A stretch of 61,526 nt of DNA from Campylobacterales bacterium. GTDB taxonomy: Bacteria; Campylobacterota; Campylobacteria; Campylobacterales; Sulfurimonadaceae. The stretch is from the NCBI GenBank assembly GCA_024277445.1, contig JAJRVE010000177.1, positions 1 to 61,526 on the forward strand. The letters are read 5' to 3'. The position numbers and the translations under genes are program-made. Of this stretch, positions 58,734 through 61,526 are shown one piece after another. Numbering within the stretch: position 1 is the stretch's first letter; each line of letters opens with the position of its first letter. A model generated the notes under the pieces. That model did no database searches. It worked only from the letters and a program-made list of their open reading frames with translations, and was not told the origin of the DNA.

Positions 58734-60424
58734 AAATAATATTAGTTATTGTTTTTTCTTTCTCTTGTATCTCACTGTATGCTGATACCCTTAGTGCAAC
58801 ATCGCATGGTGTTACTTCACACTATCAAGAAGCTCGAAAAGAGAAGCAACTTCTATTAAAGGATATCAATACGTTAATTTCACAGGGAGAAATCGCCAAA
58901 GCAGAAGAGCTAGCTGCGGTTCTTTACAAAGATTATCCACACGACAAAGAGGTGATGCAGAAGTATGCGACCATACTCTTTTGGCGACAAAAACCTGAAG
59001 CAGCCGAAGTGATATTTACTCAGATGAAAGTAGATTATCCAAAGACAGTTCAACTTAAAGCCTATCGTCAAAATAGACTCTTGCTCCATACGCAACATGC
59101 TGAAAAACTTTTAAATACCTCTCCAAAAAAAGCTTTAGTTTATATAGAGAGGCTATCCATGCAAGAGCGTAATAGTTATGATTTACATCTTTTGTATGTT
59201 CAATCATTAATACGTAGTAGTGCTTTGGTACGTGCAGAAGAGGAAGCACAAAAGTTTTACAGAGATTATCCCAAGAGCGAAGAGAGTCGTCACCTTTTGG
59301 CCAATATCCTCTTTTGGAATGGCAAGTATAGTCAGAGTTTGAAGCATTATGAAGCACTCTATGCACAAGAGCAAAAGTCGGTGATAAAAGAGCAGATCGC
59401 TAACGTAAAAAATGCCCAAGAAGCAGCGCTAAAAAAGATGGATATTGCACAGCAGATCAAGTTCTACAAGAAACGTTATGCATCACAGAAGAAGCCCGAG
59501 GATGGTATGAAACTGGCACGTCTCTATATTGAAACAGGGGCGACTGATCCCGCTTTTAAATTGCTGGAGTCGATGGTAACACGCTATCCCAGAGACCTTG
59601 AGGTGAGTCGGCTCTATATGGCGTCTTTACTCAAGCTTTATCAAAGAGGTAAGGCAAATCATCTCTTATATGAGTTGGGTGAAGAATCCCAAGAAGCATT
59701 AAAAGAGAAGTATCCTCTACTATATTGTCGTACACTAGTCAATAAACTTGAGATAGGCGGCATCTTTTATGACTATTCAGATACTCGCTATAGTGACAAT
59801 ACCTTTTACATACAGTATGAGACACCAATAAAAGAATATGTGGCTGTAGGACGTTTACAAGAGACCTGGCGCTATGGTTTAAGAGACACTAAACTACAAG
59901 CCGATCTCTACCGGGCATTTAAAAATTTTTGGTGGGGTTATGTCACATTTTCCTTCTCTCCCGAGGCGAATTTTATGCCAATTGTTAATACAGGCGCGCA
60001 TATTTATAAAGATATTGATTGGCTTGAACTAGGCTTTGGATATGAGTATAGCCACTATCGTACGGCTGATGTCCATATGTTGATACCTGAGTACTCTATC
60101 TTTTTTTTACAAGGATTTACTTGGATGCAAAAACTCTATTATGTTCCGGCATCGGCAAGCTATGCACTGGTAAGTCAGCTCGGTTATGAATCTAACTGTC
60201 ACTACAAAATTCAAGGGGAGTATACTTGGTCAGACAGCAATGAATATATCGAGAACAATGATGCCTTTCAAAATTCTAAGAGTCATATGTGGCGTTTTTC
60301 AGGAGAATATCGGTTCAGACCAGAATGGACAGTAGGTGGAGCACTCTCTTACAGTAATTATTACACTGATGTAGGGGCGTATAGTAGAAGTGGTCTTAAC
60401 TTATTTATAAGGAAAGCCTGGTGA
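58730..60424 (+). CDS. TPR protein with a YaiO-family outer-membrane beta-barrel
   Basis: Signal peptide; TPRs (LANILFWNGKY); RYGLRD...ADLY, FSPEANFMP and a terminal aromatic residue (W). Confidence 0.78.
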   Translation: MKIILVIVFSFSCISLYADTLSATSHGVTSHYQEARKEKQLLLKDINTLISQGEIAKAEELAAVLYKDYPHDKEVMQKYATILFWRQKPEAAEVIFTQMKVDYPKTVQLKAYRQNRLLLHTQHAEKLLNTSPKKALVYIERLSMQERNSYDLHLLYVQSLIRSSALVRAEEEAQKFYRDYPKSEESRHLLANILFWNGKYSQSLKHYEALYAQEQKSVIKEQIANVKNAQEAALKKMDIAQQIKFYKKRYASQKKPEDGMKLARLYIETGATDPAFKLLESMVTRYPRDLEVSRLYMASLLKLYQRGKANHLLYELGEESQEALKEKYPLLYCRTLVNKLEIGGIFYDYSDTRYSDNTFYIQYETPIKEYVAVGRLQETWRYGLRDTKLQADLYRAFKNFWWGYVTFSFSPEANFMPIVNTGAHIYKDIDWLELGFGYEYSHYRTADVHMLIPEYSIFFLQGFTWMQKLYYVPASASYALVSQLGYESNCHYKIQGEYTWSDSNEYIENNDAFQNSKSHMWRFSGEYRFRPEWTVGGALSYSNYYTDVGAYSRSGLNLFIRKAW

Positions 60425-61526
60425 TCGATCCGGTAGTACTCTATCAAGAGGTTGTTATCTCACATCTAGATATTGTTTTTAAAGGAACCGTTCTCTTTTT
60501 TATAGCATCAGTACTACTCTTGATCGTAGTTTCTGTTGTTCAAGTCGTTATAGAAGCACGGCGTAAACAAGATGTCTTACTACAAAAACATTATGTTGAG
60601 CAGATTGGTCAGTACCTCTTTTTAGATCAAAATGAGATTGAGGTCCGTACAAATCAGGAACGTTTTGCTCTGACAGATGCTATCTCTCAACTTTATAGTT
60701 TTGTATCCAAAAAAGAAAGTGAAAAGATTGTTAAACTGATTGAGCAATTTGACCTTGATCTCTTTTTGCTCGAGCGTTATAAAAAGAGTTATTTTAAACT
60801 GAGTCAGCGTTTTATCTATTACAAACTACTCTTCATTTTCTCTCCACGGCTTAAATGGTTTTATGCACAAGAGATGAAAGAACAGACAAGTTTTGATAGT
60901 ATGCTATATGCTATTTACAGTTATGCATACTTAAGTGAAGACCATTCAGACCTTTTAGAGATGACTAATGCTCTTGAACATAACTACGAACGAGGAATGA
61001 GCTTAAAGTTTTGTGAATTTGTTTTTGTACAAGCCTTTGCAAATGTTTCAGTGGAAGAGATACGAGTTTTTATTGGGCTGTTGTTGGAGAAAAACCATGA
61101 AGACTTTATCTTAAAAAGTGTTATTTCAGCTGTGGGTGAGAGAGAATATGTTGAACTCCAAGAAGAGATAAAAATAATTTATGAACACCATCAAGATAAT
61201 GTCCTTTTTATGGTGACCTATCTTCGTGCGCTTCATCGCTTAGGTATTCAAGACTGTACACTTGTGAAAGAGGCGTATTTGAATCAAGATATAATTATGA
61301 AGATCAACCTCTCTAAGTTCTCATTAGGACTTTGTCCAGAGGCTATAGAACAGCTTTACATATATATGTTTGATCAAAACTATTATGTTCGTAGAAACAT
61401 TTTTGAGGCGCTTAAGACTGCTCAGATGACGCGACAGCAGATCAAAGCACTGGTCCAACAAAAATCACCCCTAAAAATGAAAGATCGCTTTTTTATGGAT
61501 ACTCTTGACTCCTTTTTCCCTGAAAG
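60421..61526 (+). CDS. Membrane-anchored HEAT-repeat-like protein (partial, runs off the window)
   Basis: GTG overlaps the previous stop codon; N-terminal TM helix; 'DQNYYVRRNIFEAL' HEAT-like repeat; no stop seen. Confidence 0.7.
   Translation, partial: MIDPVVLYQEVVISHLDIVFKGTVLFFIASVLLLIVVSVVQVVIEARRKQDVLLQKHYVEQIGQYLFLDQNEIEVRTNQERFALTDAISQLYSFVSKKESEKIVKLIEQFDLDLFLLERYKKSYFKLSQRFIYYKLLFIFSPRLKWFYAQEMKEQTSFDSMLYAIYSYAYLSEDHSDLLEMTNALEHNYERGMSLKFCEFVFVQAFANVSVEEIRVFIGLLLEKNHEDFILKSVISAVGEREYVELQEEIKIIYEHHQDNVLFMVTYLRALHRLGIQDCTLVKEAYLNQDIIMKINLSKFSLGLCPEAIEQLYIYMFDQNYYVRRNIFEALKTAQMTRQQIKALVQQKSPLKMKDRFFMDTLDSFFPE

Noticed and set aside
3189-59419. Many short ORFs antisense to or overlapping well-supported genes (e.g. 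3328-3744, 16828-17025, 17631-17852, 35168-35524)
   Set aside because: They are shadow frames of conserved genes with no recognisable motifs.

Overview
Chromosomal window from a Campylobacterota (epsilonproteobacterial, probably Sulfurimonas-like) bacterium; the taxonomy is inferred from gene content and protein style. The left half (1-32.6 kb) is mostly housekeeping and metabolic genes: gltX, malic enzyme, NAD-glutamate dehydrogenase, mqnA, moaD-moaE-moeA, rdgB, uppP, gph, hisZ, purA and luxS. It also carries several structured non-coding repeats and an sRNA candidate. The most notable element sits between rdgB and a rhodanese gene and looks like a complete one-gene retron. A TATAAT promoter precedes a ~98-nt msr/msd-like ncRNA (16564-16661) with a1/a2 repeats, a candidate branching G, a UUCG hairpin and a long msd stem. 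This is followed by a retron-type reverse transcriptase (16696-18288) fused through a charged linker to one transmembrane helix and a C-terminal PEGA-like extracytoplasmic domain. I do not recognise this architecture among described retron types. A nested IS5/IS3 remnant (32.7-33.8 kb) precedes a ~28-kb signalling island. The island holds four stand-alone NarX/PilJ-type periplasmic proteins, a NIT-domain hybrid kinase, several more hybrid kinases, two Hpt proteins, FIST, SixA (apparently with an ATC start), a PAS-only protein, a UvrY/GacA-like regulator and c-di-GMP enzymes. It ends with the start of a YaiO/HEAT-type exopolysaccharide locus. Five GacA-box-like palindromes, each 21-22 nt upstream of a -10 element, suggest a regulon internal to the island. 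All calls come from reading the sequence by eye; no searches or folding programs were run.
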